The position numbers were made by a program, and so were the translations under genes. Source: an uncultured Planctomycetaceae bacterium (GTDB taxonomy: Bacteria; Planctomycetota; Planctomycetia; Planctomycetales; Planctomycetaceae). From it: 64,000 bases of DNA. Positions 1 to 11,133 of this stretch are shown in pieces (the first letter of the stretch is position 1; each line of letters begins with the position of its first letter). The stretch spans positions 544,001-608,000 of the forward strand of contig CAWFAK010000009.1 in NCBI GenBank assembly GCA_963813715.1. The letters run 5' to 3'. The notes under the pieces were generated by a model. It was not told the origin of the DNA. It made no database searches and saw only the letters and a program-made list of their open reading frames with translations.

Positions 1-299
1 GACGGCGGCGCGAGCCGGAAAAATCTCGCGAACCGCACGCATCACCCGGCCGTCCTAATTTGGCGTGAGAGCGTCCAGTTTTTTGCCCACACAGGAGCGC
101 GCTTGCGCCCGTTTGTGGAAACTTGACCGGTGTTGGAGCCACTGATATCGTTGGCAGGTCGCTGATCCGCGTCGGGTTGATTCGAGCCCGGTCGATCCTG
201 AGCCCATTTGATCGGGGTCGGGGCGTGGGATGTGCTTCTGCAGAGCCGCTGGGAGAACATCCGCGTGGCCCGCCCGGCACGTTCCCCTTGAGGCGTCCC

Positions 300-1067
300 A
301 TGTCCGAAGGACACTTGCCGCTCGACGGCACCCCCGACGCTCTGGAACCGTTGCCCTCCGACATCAGCGCCACTCAAAAGACGGCCGCCGTCTGTGGCGG
401 CCGTCATAGACGGCTGGCCACGCTGGGCGGAGCCTTCCTGGCGCTCATTGGCTTGGTGGGTTACTTCTACTGGTCGATGGTGCACGATGAGCACACGACG
501 GCCCAAATCCAGAAAGAACTGAAGGCCGAAGGCGTGCAGCTCTTCTTCTCGAAGGCCGAGCCCAAGGAAGCCAGCTTTTCTCCCTTTCAGCAATTGACGT
601 CAACCGTGAAGGTGATGGCTCCCGCGGGCAACGTCACCGACGTTCTGCTTAAGCGGATTGCCGGCATCAACCTCGATATGGACCTGGTGCTTAACAATTG
701 CCCCGTCACCGACGACGGCTTGGCCGCGCTCGAAGGCAAACCGCACCTCCGCGGCCTCGATCTGCGGAGAACCAAAGTTACCGACGAGGGAATCAAGCAT
801 CTCCGCGGGGCTCGACTGGAAGAGCTCGACCTGTCCTCCACCAAGGTCGACGACGACGGGCTGGCCGCGCTGAGCCAGCTCGAATTCCCCTACCTGGGGA
901 CTTTGACGATCGAGCACCTGCCCAACGTCACAGACAAGGGAATCCAGCAATTGGCGGGGTTCCAATCGCTGGAGTTTCTCACCGTCACCGGGACCAAGGT
1001 CACGCGCAAGGGAGCGGAGCAACTCAGGAACAAGATTCCCGGCCTCACCGTTCTGGGACTCCCGTGA
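300..1067 (+). CDS. Membrane-anchored leucine-rich repeat protein (planctomycete type)
   Basis: Repeats of LxLxxTxVTDxGLxxL (e.g. LDLRRTKVTDEGIKHL, LDLSSTKVDDDGLAAL) after one TM helix (LGGAFLALIGLVGYFYW). ATG at 300 chosen over the upstream TTG at 123. Confidence 0.85.
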   Translation: MSEGHLPLDGTPDALEPLPSDISATQKTAAVCGGRHRRLATLGGAFLALIGLVGYFYWSMVHDEHTTAQIQKELKAEGVQLFFSKAEPKEASFSPFQQLTSTVKVMAPAGNVTDVLLKRIAGINLDMDLVLNNCPVTDDGLAALEGKPHLRGLDLRRTKVTDEGIKHLRGARLEELDLSSTKVDDDGLAALSQLEFPYLGTLTIEHLPNVTDKGIQQLAGFQSLEFLTVTGTKVTRKGAEQLRNKIPGLTVLGLP

Positions 1068-1203
1068 GCGTCGCGCGACTCGCCGCTTGGCACGACCCGA
1101 TTGGTCGAATGTCCGTTCGTCGGCCGGAACCGTCGGCCCCACCCACGCATGACGTCGCGGCGCACCGACTGAGCCCGGACGTCTGCCTGCGCGAAAAGGC
1201 CCC

Positions 1204-4200
1204 ATGAGGCGCATCTCCCGTCTTCTGGTTGCCAACCGCAGCGAGATCGCGATCCGCGTCTTCAGGACCGGACACGAGCTGGGCATCCGCACCATCGCGA
1301 TCTACGCCCACGAGGATCGCTTCGCCCTGCACCGCCTCAAAGCGGACGAAGCCTACCCCATCGGGCAGCCCGGCGAGCCGATCCGCTCCTACCTCAACAT
1401 CGAAGCGATCATCGCGCTCGCGAAGGAGCGGAAGGTCGACGCGATCCATCCAGGCTACGGCTTCCTCTCGGAAAACCCCGAGCTGGCCCGCGCCTGCGCC
1501 GCCAACGACATCATCTTTGTCGGGCCGCGGGCCGAGCTGTTGGAACAATTAGGCGACAAGATCGCCGCCCGCGCCGTCGCCGAGCGGATCGGCGTGCCGA
1601 TTCTTTCCGGTAGCAAGCAGCCCTTGAAGAACGCGGCCGCCGGACTGAAGGCTGCCGAGAAGATGGCCTTCCCGGTGATCATCAAGGCGTCGAAGGGGGG
1701 CGGCGGTCGGGGCATGCGGGTGGTGCGAGCCGCCAACGAATTCGCCGGTGCCTTCGAGCAAGCCCAGCGCGAATCGCAAGTCGCCTTCGGCTCCTCCGAC
1801 GTCTTCCTGGAGAAGTACGTCCCCCGCGCCCGGCACATCGAAGTTCAGTTGATGGGCGACCTTCACGGGAACCTGGTGCACCTCTACGAGCGCGATTGCT
1901 CGATCCAGCGCCGCCACCAAAAGGTCGTGGAGATCGCGCCGGCCCCATCGCTCGATCCGGCCACGCGGCAGAAAGTCTGCGACGCAGCGCTCTCCATCGG
2001 CCGCGAGCTGCGCTACGAGAACGCCGGCACCGTCGAATTCCTGGTCGATGCCGACAGCGGCGACTTCTACTTCATCGAGGTCAATCCCCGCATTCAGGTC
2101 GAGCACACCGTGACCGAAGAGGTCACCGGCACCGACATCGTCAAATCGCAGATCCTCGTGGCCGAGGGGCTCCCCCTCTCCGATCCCGAGATCGGGCTGG
2201 GCACGCAGGACGCCGTCAAGACGACCGGATTTGCCATCCAGTGCCGCGTCACCACCGAAGACCCGGCCAACAACTTCACGCCCGATCACGGCCGCATCGC
2301 CGCCTATCGCTCGGCGGCCGGCATGGGCATTCGGCTCGACGCGGGGACGGCGTTCACCGGGGCCGTCGTCACGCCGTACTACGACTCGCTGCTGGTAAAG
2401 GTGACCGCCCGCGGTCGCCGCTTCGTCGACGCGGCCAAGCGGATGGAGCGCAGCCTGCAGGAATTCCGCGTCCGCGGCGTGAAGGTGAACGTGCCGTTTT
2501 TGATCCAGTTGATGGAACACCCGCAGTTCCTGGCGGGGGAATGCACGACCACCTTCATCGACAATACGCCCGAACTGTTCCACCTGCAGCGACGCCGCGA
2601 CCGGGCCACGCGGCTCTTGAGCTACCTGGCCGAGACGATCGTCAACGGCAATCCGTTGATGAAGGAGCGACCCGCACCGGCTCGCCGCGCGCGGCCCCTG
2701 TCCCCACGTTTTCCACCCTCGGCCCGATCCCCGAGGGGAGTCGCCAGAAGCTGCAGCGACTGGGTCCAGAGAAGCTCGCGCAATGGGTGCTCAAGCAAAA
2801 GCCGCTTTTGCTCACCGACACCACGTTCCGCGACGCCCATCAGTCGCTGTTGGCGACCCGCCTCCGCACAAACGACCTGCTTAACGTTGCCGAGGCGTAT
2901 GCCCGGCTCTGCCCCGACATCTTCTCGATCGAGATGTGGGGCGGAGCGACGTTCGACACGACGATGCGATTTTTGAAAGAGTCTCCCTGGCGGCGGCTCA
3001 CCGACCTGCGGGAGAAGATCCCCAACATCCTGTTTCAGATGCTGCTCCGCGGCTCGAACGCCGTCGGCTATTCGAACTATCCGGACAACGTCGTCCGCGA
3101 GTTCGTTCGCGAGTCGGCGGCCGCGGGCATCGATCTGTTCCGCATCTTCGATTCGCTCAATTGGCTGCCCAACATGAAGGTGGCCATGGAGGCCGTGCTC
3201 AAAACCGGCGCGATCTGCGAAGCCGGCCATCTGTTACACGGGCGACATCCTCGACCCCAGCCGGCCCAAGTACGACCTCAAGTATTACGTCACGCTCGCC
3301 AAAGAGCTGGAAAAGATGGGCGCCCACATCCTGGCCATCAAGGACATGGCCGGGCTGTGCAAACCGTACGCGGCCCATTTGCTCGTGAAAACGCTCAAGG
3401 ACGAGATCGGCATCCCGATCCATTTCCACACGCACGACACGGCGGGTATTCAGGCGGCCTCGATCCTCAAAGGCGGCCGAGGCCGATCTCGATATCGCCG
3501 ACGCCGCCATGGCGCCGATGTCCGGTGGCACGTCGCAGGTGAATCTAAACACGCTGGTCGAGGCACTGCGATTCACCCCCCACGACCCGGGGCTCGACGC
3601 CGTCGCACTCGACGGGCTGGCCGATTACTGGGAGGCCGTCCGCCAGTTCTACACGCCGTTCGAAAGCGTGGAGCTGGCGGCCACGTCCGATCTCTATCGT
3701 CACGAAATGCCGGGCGGACAGTACACCAACCTGTTTCAGCAGGCCCGCGCGTTGGGGCTGGCCGATCGCTGGGCCGAGGTCCGCCGCCGCTATGCCGAGG
3801 TCAACCAGCTGCTGGGCGACATCGTGAAAGTCACGCCGACCTCGAAATCGGTCGGCGACATGGCCCTGTTTCTCGTCGCCAACAATCTGACCGTGGAAGA
3901 CGCGCTGGACGAAAACCGCGAGCTGGCCTTCCCCGAATCGGTGATCGACCTCGTCAGCGGCCGGATGGGGCAGCCGCCGGGTGGATTTCCCAAGCGAGTG
4001 ATCAGCCGGGTGTTGCATGGCAAAGAGGCGGTGCGGGGTCGTCCCGGGGCGAGCCTACCAGCCATCGACTTCAAGCAGACGGCTGCCGACATGGTTCGCT
4101 TTCTGCACCGCGAGCCGAGCAAGCAGGAAGTGCTCTCCTACGTCCTTTACCCGAAGGTCTACGAGGAATTCTCCCGCCACCAGCGCGACTACTCGGACAC

Positions 4201-4648
4201 GAGCAGCCTGTCGACTCCCGTCTTCCTCTGCGGCCCGCTTCCGGGCGAAGAGGTGTCGATCGACATCGAGGCGGGCAAGACGCTGATCGTTAAATACCTG
4301 ACCACAGGCGACCCGCGCCCCGACGGCACCCGCAGCGTCTTCTTCGAGCTGAACGGCCAGCCGCGCGACGTCACCGTGATCGACCGCGCGATCCTGCCGG
4401 AGGAGGCCAAGGCTCGCAAGGCCGACCCGGACGACCCGCACCACGTCGGCGCCAACATGCCGGGCATGGTGGTCACCGTCGCCGTGCAAGCGGGCGACCC
4501 GGTCGCCAAGGGGCAAAAGCTGCTGACGCTGGAAGCGATGAAGATGCAGACCAACCTCACCGCGGAACGCGACGGCGTCATCGACCAGGTCCTCGTGAAG
4601 CCCGGCACCCAAGTCGAAACCGGCGACCTGCTGCTCACGCTGCGGTAG
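1204..4648 (+). CDS. pyc: Pyruvate carboxylase (three apparent frameshifts at about 2690, 3225, 3470)
   Basis: Biotin carboxylase domain (ANRSEIA, IHPGYGFLSEN, GGGGRGMR, ERDCSIQRRHQK), carboxyltransferase domain (TTFRDAHQSLLATR, IKDMAG, HFHTHD, HEMPGGQY) and biotinyl domain (EAMKM) lie colinear across ORFs 1204..2976, 1896..3542, 3316..4293 and 3509..4648. Confidence 0.95.
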
Positions 4649-4663
4649 GTCGTTGGTGGGACT

Positions 4664-5161
4664 TTAGCCGGTCTTCCAACGTTCCAATTCGTCCCGCTTT
4701 TCCATCACCGGTTTTGCGCCGGACGGAATGGGAAGATACATGAAGGTGCCGGAGGCGGCTGCGACGAGAGCGCCTTCGGCCGTGCGGATTTCGCCGCGGG
4801 AGACGGCCGTCATCTGGCCTGCGTGTCGGACTTCGGCACGGGCCGTCAGCTTCTCGCCGAGCCACGCCGGGCGGATATAGTTGATGTTGAGCTGCACGGT
4901 GACGACATGATTGTTGGGCGGAGCCAGAGTCCAGCAGGCACAGCCGAGGCACGAATCGAGCATGGTCGCCACCAGCCCGCCGTGTGCGATGCCCATCGTC
5001 CGCAGGTGCGTTTCGTCGATCGTGACCTCGAAGGCGGCCGTGCCTTTTTCAATCGTCACCGGCTTCACGTTGAGGCGATCGAGAAAATTACGCCCCTCGC
5101 TGCCGGCTTTGAATCGGTTCGCCGCTTCGGCGAACTTGGCGTCGGTCTCGTCCAAAGTCAC
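4664..5161 (-). CDS. PaaI-family hotdog thioesterase
   Basis: GIAHGGLVATMLDSCLG and VTVQLNINYIRPA motifs. Confidence 0.9.
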   Translation of the reverse strand: MTLDETDAKFAEAANRFKAGSEGRNFLDRLNVKPVTIEKGTAAFEVTIDETHLRTMGIAHGGLVATMLDSCLGCACWTLAPPNNHVVTVQLNINYIRPAWLGEKLTARAEVRHAGQMTAVSRGEIRTAEGALVAAASGTFMYLPIPSGAKPVMEKRDELERWKTG

Positions 5162-5249
5162 ACCCGCTTTCTCGGTTCGTGCCGCAAGAATTCGCTAAAT
5201 TGTGGGTTGCGATTCTAGCAGACCGCTCAACCCGTTGCAGAGGTCGTCG

Positions 5250-6656
5250 ATGCCGCTGATTCCCGACCGCCGCGCGACCATCGCCGGGGCCGCCGCCGCC
5301 CTGGCTCGCGGCGAACTCACCTGCGAGGAGCTGTTGGACAGGTGCCTAGGGCGGATCGATGCTTGGGAGAGCCAGATTCAGGCCTGGGTCCGCGTCGATC
5401 GCGAAGGCGCCCGGCGACAGGCGCGGGAATGCGATGTGCGACTCGCCCGCCATCGCTCGGAGGGATCGGTCGACTCGCTTTCGCCGCTGTTCGGTATTCC
5501 CATCGGCATCAAGGACATCATCGATATCGCCGGGCACGTGACGGGCGCAGGATCGAGTGCGCGAATGGACGGCCCGCCCGCGGAACACGACGCCCCGGTC
5601 GTCCGCAAGCTGCGCGACGCCGGGGCGATCATCCTGGGCAAAACGGTCACCACGCAATTCGCCTGCTTCGATCCGCCGCCGACGCGCAATCCGTGGAATC
5701 TCGAGCGGACACCCGGTGGCTCATCAAGCGGCTCGGCCGCGGCCGTGGCCGCCGGAATGTGCCTGGGCGCGATCGGTTCGCAGACCGGCGGATCGATCAT
5801 TCGCCCCGCGTCGTTCTGCGGCGTCGCCGGCTGCAAACCGACCTTCGGACGCGTGAGCTGCGATGGCGTGGTTCCCGTGGCTCCGAGTCTCGACACCGTT
5901 GGCCCAATCGCCGGCTGCGTGGCCGACCTGGCGATCATGCTGAACGCGATCTCGGTGGGCGACAAAGGAATCCCCGAAGAGCCGAGGCTCAAACTCTCGA
6001 TCGACCTGCGCGACTTGGAACCGCGAAATTCCAAGCCGCCGCGGTTGGCGCTGCTCACCTGTCGCACTGACGACAGACCTGAGTTGTATGAGCGTTTCAG
6101 CGACCCTTCGATGTGGTCTGCCTTAATTCGCGCGCTCGACGCCTTCCGAATTGCCGGCGCTTCAGTTGTCGAACGCCGCGGATTGTTTGTCAGCAATTCG
6201 CACAGCACCGTGATGGCGTTTGAATTGGCAAATACGCATCGCGACCGGTTTCGCCAGCTGCGGTTCGACTATCGGTCGAGCGTCCTCGGCCTAATCCAAG
6301 AAGGGATTCTGATCACGGCGAGTCAGTACGAATCAGCCCGACGAGATCAAGCAAGAGCCGCCGCCGAGTCGGAAGCTCTAATGCAAGACATCGATGCGCT
6401 CGTCTGCCCAGCCGCCAATGGCCCGGCCCCCGATCCGTCGACCACCGGCAATCCGATCTTCAATTCCTCGTGGACCTTCACGGGCCAGCCGGCCATCACT
6501 TTCCCTATGGGTCTGTCCGACGAGGGGCTGCCGCTGGGCATTCAGCTCATCGGGCGACGGTTCGACGACGTCGGCTTGTTCCGAGCGGCGGCTTGGTGCG
6601 AGGCCATTTTGCCGCGGTTGCCGCCACCGAACGTGCCGGAAAAACCGGCGGGCTGA
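5250..6656 (+). CDS. Amidase-signature family protein
   Basis: GIPIGIKD, TPGGSSSGSAAAVA and GSQTGGSIIRPASFCG (Lys-cisSer-Ser triad); C-terminal GLPLGIQLIG. Confidence 0.92.
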   Translation: MPLIPDRRATIAGAAAALARGELTCEELLDRCLGRIDAWESQIQAWVRVDREGARRQARECDVRLARHRSEGSVDSLSPLFGIPIGIKDIIDIAGHVTGAGSSARMDGPPAEHDAPVVRKLRDAGAIILGKTVTTQFACFDPPPTRNPWNLERTPGGSSSGSAAAVAAGMCLGAIGSQTGGSIIRPASFCGVAGCKPTFGRVSCDGVVPVAPSLDTVGPIAGCVADLAIMLNAISVGDKGIPEEPRLKLSIDLRDLEPRNSKPPRLALLTCRTDDRPELYERFSDPSMWSALIRALDAFRIAGASVVERRGLFVSNSHSTVMAFELANTHRDRFRQLRFDYRSSVLGLIQEGILITASQYESARRDQARAAAESEALMQDIDALVCPAANGPAPDPSTTGNPIFNSSWTFTGQPAITFPMGLSDEGLPLGIQLIGRRFDDVGLFRAAAWCEAILPRLPPPNVPEKPAG

Positions 6657-6888
6657 CACCCGCCGCTCGCCTTCTTTGCCCAGCTTCTCACCTAGATTTC
6701 GCGGCTCCGGACGGCCCGAAAGCCGTCTTGAGGCGATCGGCACTATCTGCTACTTAGGCGGCTCCACTCTCTCGCTAATCCCTCCCATTCTCGAAATTTT
6801 CCGACCAAATACGGCCGCGGCCAGCCGCGTTGCAGCGAGTCTTCGCCTGCGACGACTGCGTTTGGTGTGCCGGCCAGGAGATCGTTCG

Positions 6889-9327
6889 ATGCCACGCTTC
6901 GGCATGCTGCTGAGCCTGGTGCTCTTGGGCGCAAGCCTCGCCACGGCAACGCGCCCTGCACGGGCCGCGGTCAAAGAATTTCCATACGAGGCGGTCGTCG
7001 AAGCCGATGAGACCTTCGTCCGCTGCGGCCCCGGCAAGAACTTCTACACCACCATCAAGCTAACCCGCGGCCAGCACGTCACGGTGCGACGGCACGATCC
7101 GGGCGGATGGTTCATGATCGATCCGCCGGCCGGCAGCTTCAGCCTGATCCGCGTCGAAGACGTGGTACAGGAAGGCAACATCGCCACGGTGAAACGCCTC
7201 GAGCAGGGGCAGGCCTGCGTCCGCATCGGCAGCACCGTCGACCCGACCAACGACTCGATCTTTCAACGCAAACTCTCGACCGGCGAGCGGGCCGAGATTC
7301 TTGGCGAAGTCATGATTCCCCGCAAGGACCGGACCGTGCCGATGTTCCGCATCCGGCCGCCGCGCGGCGAGTTCCGCTGGATCGAAGGGAACGATCTGGC
7401 TCCGCTCGACCCCCAAATCAAGCAGCAGCAGGATAACGACCCGTTCACCACGCCGCCCCGCACGCAGGAGGCCCGCAACGATCAAAATCGCCAATTGCCG
7501 CCTGCCGCCAACGCGAGGACGATTGCGCTGTCGACGACCGCTCCGAGTACCCCGACCAGCTCGATCAACGGCACGACGAGCCGAGCGAGCGGGCAGCCGG
7601 GCAAAGGCAAGTCCGGCGCCGGTGCGACGACGACCGCGCAGAAAGGCAAAACATCCGCGACTCAGCAAGTCGTGATTGGGCCCGCGAACTTCGATCCGCG
7701 CGGACGCTTGGACCAAATCGACGTCGAATTTCGCGACATGATCCAAAAAGATCCGCCATCGTGGAATTTGGGTCAGATCGAGCAAGCCTATTTAGAGCTG
7801 CGACAGAACCCGGCAGCCGCGGGAGTGGCCAATCAGGTCGACCTGCGGTTCTCCGCGCTGTCGCATTACAAGCAGGTGAAAGCCGAGTACGACGATTACT
7901 ACAGCCTGGTGTCGAACACCTCGCGGCGCGACGCCGAGTTGGCCGCGGTGGAGAATTCGCTCGCGCCGCAGAATTCGCGGCCGGCCATCGGACCGGCCCA
8001 GCAGGAGGCCGTAGCGACGACCGCACCGGCGTCGAACGAGCTGCCGACCCTCAGCATGCCGGGAAACCAACCGAACGCCAGCGGGCAATCATCGGCCGAC
8101 GGTCAGCAATCGTCGCAGTCTCAAATGCCACAGCCTCAATTGTCACCGTCGCAAGATCCACGGGCGGAATATCCGCAGGCGCAATATCCGCCGGCACAAG
8201 TCGGACAGCAGCAATTCCCACAGGCGCAGCAGCAGTCGCAGTTCGAGTCGTCGCCTCAGCCCTCGGCGGGGCCGCAGTCGCCGCCGCAGGACGCGCTGCC
8301 CCAGTTTTCACAGCAGCCCGCGCCGCCTCAACACGAACAACGCCATGGGCCGGTGCTGGGCGCTCCGGTGCCGGTGCCGCTCGAAAACCAGCCGCCGGCT
8401 AATGCCGGTTTCGATCGGTCGCTCGAGCAACCGGCGAATGCCGGCGAATCGATGAATCAGGGCCGCAACCACACCAGTAATTCGCCGGGCGTCGGCGAGA
8501 TGTCTGGGGGCTCCGGCTCTATGCCGTCCGCACCGGCACCGCAGTTCCCGATGCAACAGCCCCCAATGCAGCAAGGGGCCATACAGCTAAGCCCGACGCA
8601 GCCGCTGCCCCCTCAGCAGAACCAGCCGCCGCAGATGCGGAGTTATACGAGCCAGTTCGGCCCGAATCCGGGAGTGCCGGGGCAGATGTACTCGGCTTAT
8701 CCGGGTGCTCAGGGCTCGCAGGTCGCTCCGGGGCAGGTGCAGCCGAACGCCCCCTTTAATTTGACTCCGAGTCAGCCCGGCGCTCTGCCGATGGGTCCGG
8801 TGAACGGCGCTGCGAACCAGCCGTACCCTTCCCAAAACATGGGCTATCCGCGGCAGTATCCGCCCGCCGAGAGCGCACAGCCGTTTGCCGCTCAGCAGCG
8901 CGAAATGCCCCAACAGATACCTCAGCCAATGCCGTCGCAGCAGCCGGGAATGCCGCAAGCCATCGCGTCTCAAGGCGGAGCACCGCAAAACGGGGCTCCG
9001 CAAGGCGGCTTCCCGCCCAACGGAATGAATGCTGGGACACCGCAACTGGCCGCGCCCCGGCAAATCCGTCCGCCCGGATCGCCGCCGCTAGACGGAGCCG
9101 GCATCATTCAGCGGGCCGCCACGACGTCGCCGAACGGACCACGACACGTACTGCTCGCGCCGAACGGCCGAATCCTGGCCTACCTGCAGGGCGACCGGGG
9201 CGTCAATCTCGACGCGTTCGTCGGCCGCTCGATGGGAATTATGGGCGCCCGCGCCTACCAGCCCGACCTGCAGACGGATTTGATCGTCGTCCACGGGATG
9301 GTGCCGGTACGATTGGCACAGCCGTAG
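6889..9327 (+). CDS. Secreted protein: SH3-like N-terminus, long Pro/Gln-rich linker, compact C-terminal beta domain
   Basis: GGAG 8 nt before ATG 6889; signal peptide ending ARA; VRCGPGKNFY...GWFMIDPP resembles bacterial SH3; about 370 aa P/Q-rich region. Confidence 0.75.
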   Translation: MPRFGMLLSLVLLGASLATATRPARAAVKEFPYEAVVEADETFVRCGPGKNFYTTIKLTRGQHVTVRRHDPGGWFMIDPPAGSFSLIRVEDVVQEGNIATVKRLEQGQACVRIGSTVDPTNDSIFQRKLSTGERAEILGEVMIPRKDRTVPMFRIRPPRGEFRWIEGNDLAPLDPQIKQQQDNDPFTTPPRTQEARNDQNRQLPPAANARTIALSTTAPSTPTSSINGTTSRASGQPGKGKSGAGATTTAQKGKTSATQQVVIGPANFDPRGRLDQIDVEFRDMIQKDPPSWNLGQIEQAYLELRQNPAAAGVANQVDLRFSALSHYKQVKAEYDDYYSLVSNTSRRDAELAAVENSLAPQNSRPAIGPAQQEAVATTAPASNELPTLSMPGNQPNASGQSSADGQQSSQSQMPQPQLSPSQDPRAEYPQAQYPPAQVGQQQFPQAQQQSQFESSPQPSAGPQSPPQDALPQFSQQPAPPQHEQRHGPVLGAPVPVPLENQPPANAGFDRSLEQPANAGESMNQGRNHTSNSPGVGEMSGGSGSMPSAPAPQFPMQQPPMQQGAIQLSPTQPLPPQQNQPPQMRSYTSQFGPNPGVPGQMYSAYPGAQGSQVAPGQVQPNAPFNLTPSQPGALPMGPVNGAANQPYPSQNMGYPRQYPPAESAQPFAAQQREMPQQIPQPMPSQQPGMPQAIASQGGAPQNGAPQGGFPPNGMNAGTPQLAAPRQIRPPGSPPLDGAGIIQRAATTSPNGPRHVLLAPNGRILAYLQGDRGVNLDAFVGRSMGIMGARAYQPDLQTDLIVVHGMVPVRLAQP

Positions 9328-9373
9328 GTTCCTGCGTGCGCCGCTCCTGAATGTGCGCGGCCGCGATGGGCTG

Positions 9374-10930
9374 TTACGGTTCGTTTTGCGCGACGGCGTC
9401 GTAGCCGACCTTTTCTTCGCCGGCTATGGAAACCCGGTCGCGGAAGCCGATGACGAAGATCACGCACGTGACGAGCGCCTCCACGGCCGGCCAGAGCCAG
9501 ATCTGCGGCCATTGACGGCGCCGCGCGATGTTCCATTCCGTCCGCGTCACCTCGCCATCGCCGCTTCGATCGGCTTTCGTGACCGCCTCGACGAAGCTCG
9601 CGTGATCGTAGATGGTCTCGGTGCCGAGATCCGGATTTTTCTCGGAGTACTCCGCCGGAATCATCGAGGGAGCGACCTTCGAGTCGGGCTTCAGTTTCAG
9701 AACCTCCACGAGATGACTCGGTTTCTCCTCGGTTGTGAGCCAGCTCAACCAGCCTTTCGCAGGTTCCTGATCGCCGCTCCACGCGGGAAGGGGGATTCTT
9801 GTCTCCGTGGTTTGGCCATCCGGACTCTTGATCGTCGCTTTGACGAGGATCAGCGGCGGATAGCGGTCGACAACCCAACCGGAGGCGATCGACCCCAAGA
9901 ACATGCCGACGCCGAGCATCACGAAGGCAATAAAGCTTTGCGCACTGGCCCGCTGACTCTCGTGTACTCGCGTATCGACATAGATATAGCTGGCGACGAA
10001 ATAGAAGTCGTAGCACATCCCGTGCAAAAACAGTCCGAAGATCACGGGGACCAGCGCCAGGCTCGCGAACGCCAGGTAGCGCAGAACCCACGAAAGCATG
10101 CCGACCGTCAGCATCCGCTTGACGCCCAGCCAGACAATAAAGAACGGCATGGCGGCCATGAACCCGACTTCGGAAAGCTGTCCGATCGTCTGCAGGGCCG
10201 TCGGGTACGGAGCGTCCAGCTCCACCAGAAAGCCATTGGCCTGGCTGTAGTAAAAGGACAGCGGGATGCAGATCAACAGCGAGCAGATGACGAACACGAG
10301 AAAGCTCGGGTCGGCGAGCAGCCGAAAGATGCTCTCTCCACCGGCCGATTGGGCTGGCGTACCGGCGGTCGGTGCCGCCTTGAACTTGGGAGGCGTATGC
10401 GGCAAGTACAGGCAGAAGACCGCCAGGATTGCCGACAGGGCGGCGGCGACGAAGAACTGATGATTGGTGACTCCCCCGACCAGAAAGCCGATCAGCCAGC
10501 CCGCGATAATCCAACCCCAAGTCCCCCACACGCGGATGCCGGGAAAATCTCGCTTCGAGTCGGCGATGTTCGCGAAGCTAATCGAATTGGTCAGCGCCAA
10601 GGTCGGCATGTAGCACAACGCATAGAGCTGCATGATGGGAAAGAGATGGCGGAACTCGCTGGCAAAGGCGGCCGCGATCAGCAACAGCGTGCCCATGAAA
10701 TGCAGCCCGGCGAGCATCTTTTCGGTGGAGAAGAAGCGATCCGCCACGTAGCCGACGAACAGCGGCGAGATCATCGCCGCGAGGGCCGTGGTCGAAAACA
10801 TCCAGCCGACCTGGGCGCCGTCGTAGTGCAGCGTGTTGTACATGTAACCGCCGATGGAGACGCCCCACGCGCCCCAAACGGCGTATTCCAGGAACATCAT
10901 GATGCACAAGCGCAGTCGAACGCTGAACAT
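9374..10930 (-). CDS. MFS nucleoside:H+ symporter family (NupG/XapB-like) with a large loop insertion
   Basis: RLCIMMFLEYAVWGAW, ADRFFSTEK, YMPTLALTNSISF, FPGIRVWGTWGW and LHGMCYDFYFV are typical of the family. Confidence 0.9.
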   Translation of the reverse strand: MFSVRLRLCIMMFLEYAVWGAWGVSIGGYMYNTLHYDGAQVGWMFSTTALAAMISPLFVGYVADRFFSTEKMLAGLHFMGTLLLIAAAFASEFRHLFPIMQLYALCYMPTLALTNSISFANIADSKRDFPGIRVWGTWGWIIAGWLIGFLVGGVTNHQFFVAAALSAILAVFCLYLPHTPPKFKAAPTAGTPAQSAGGESIFRLLADPSFLVFVICSLLICIPLSFYYSQANGFLVELDAPYPTALQTIGQLSEVGFMAAMPFFIVWLGVKRMLTVGMLSWVLRYLAFASLALVPVIFGLFLHGMCYDFYFVASYIYVDTRVHESQRASAQSFIAFVMLGVGMFLGSIASGWVVDRYPPLILVKATIKSPDGQTTETRIPLPAWSGDQEPAKGWLSWLTTEEKPSHLVEVLKLKPDSKVAPSMIPAEYSEKNPDLGTETIYDHASFVEAVTKADRSGDGEVTRTEWNIARRRQWPQIWLWPAVEALVTCVIFVIGFRDRVSIAGEEKVGYDAVAQNEP

Positions 10931-11133
10931 TCCCGCGTACCTTTTGCTGCAGGTGGCCGTCCGCGCGGTCGTGCGCGTTCCGGCAAAAGTCCGCTCGATC
11001 ATGCCGACTGCCCAGGCGGTGGGCAAGACTCAAACGGTTCGCGCCTGCCGATTTGTCCAATCCGCTCGGCTACAATGACCACCGGTGATTGGCGGACATC
11101 AGCCCGCCCGTTCCTGAGCGAGCGACCGACTCA

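Noticed and set aside
1..42. Possible start of a minus-strand gene at the left edge (MRAVREIFPARAAV)
   Set aside because: Only 14 codons are visible and there is no supporting evidence.
1204..4648. Split pyruvate carboxylase as separate subunits or programmed frameshifting
   Set aside because: Breaks fall inside domains, lack slippery heptamers, and match the window-wide indel pattern.
5250..6656. gatA assignment for the amidase
   Set aside because: No gatB or gatC nearby, and KTVTTQFA replaces the GatA KTNMDEF-type motif.
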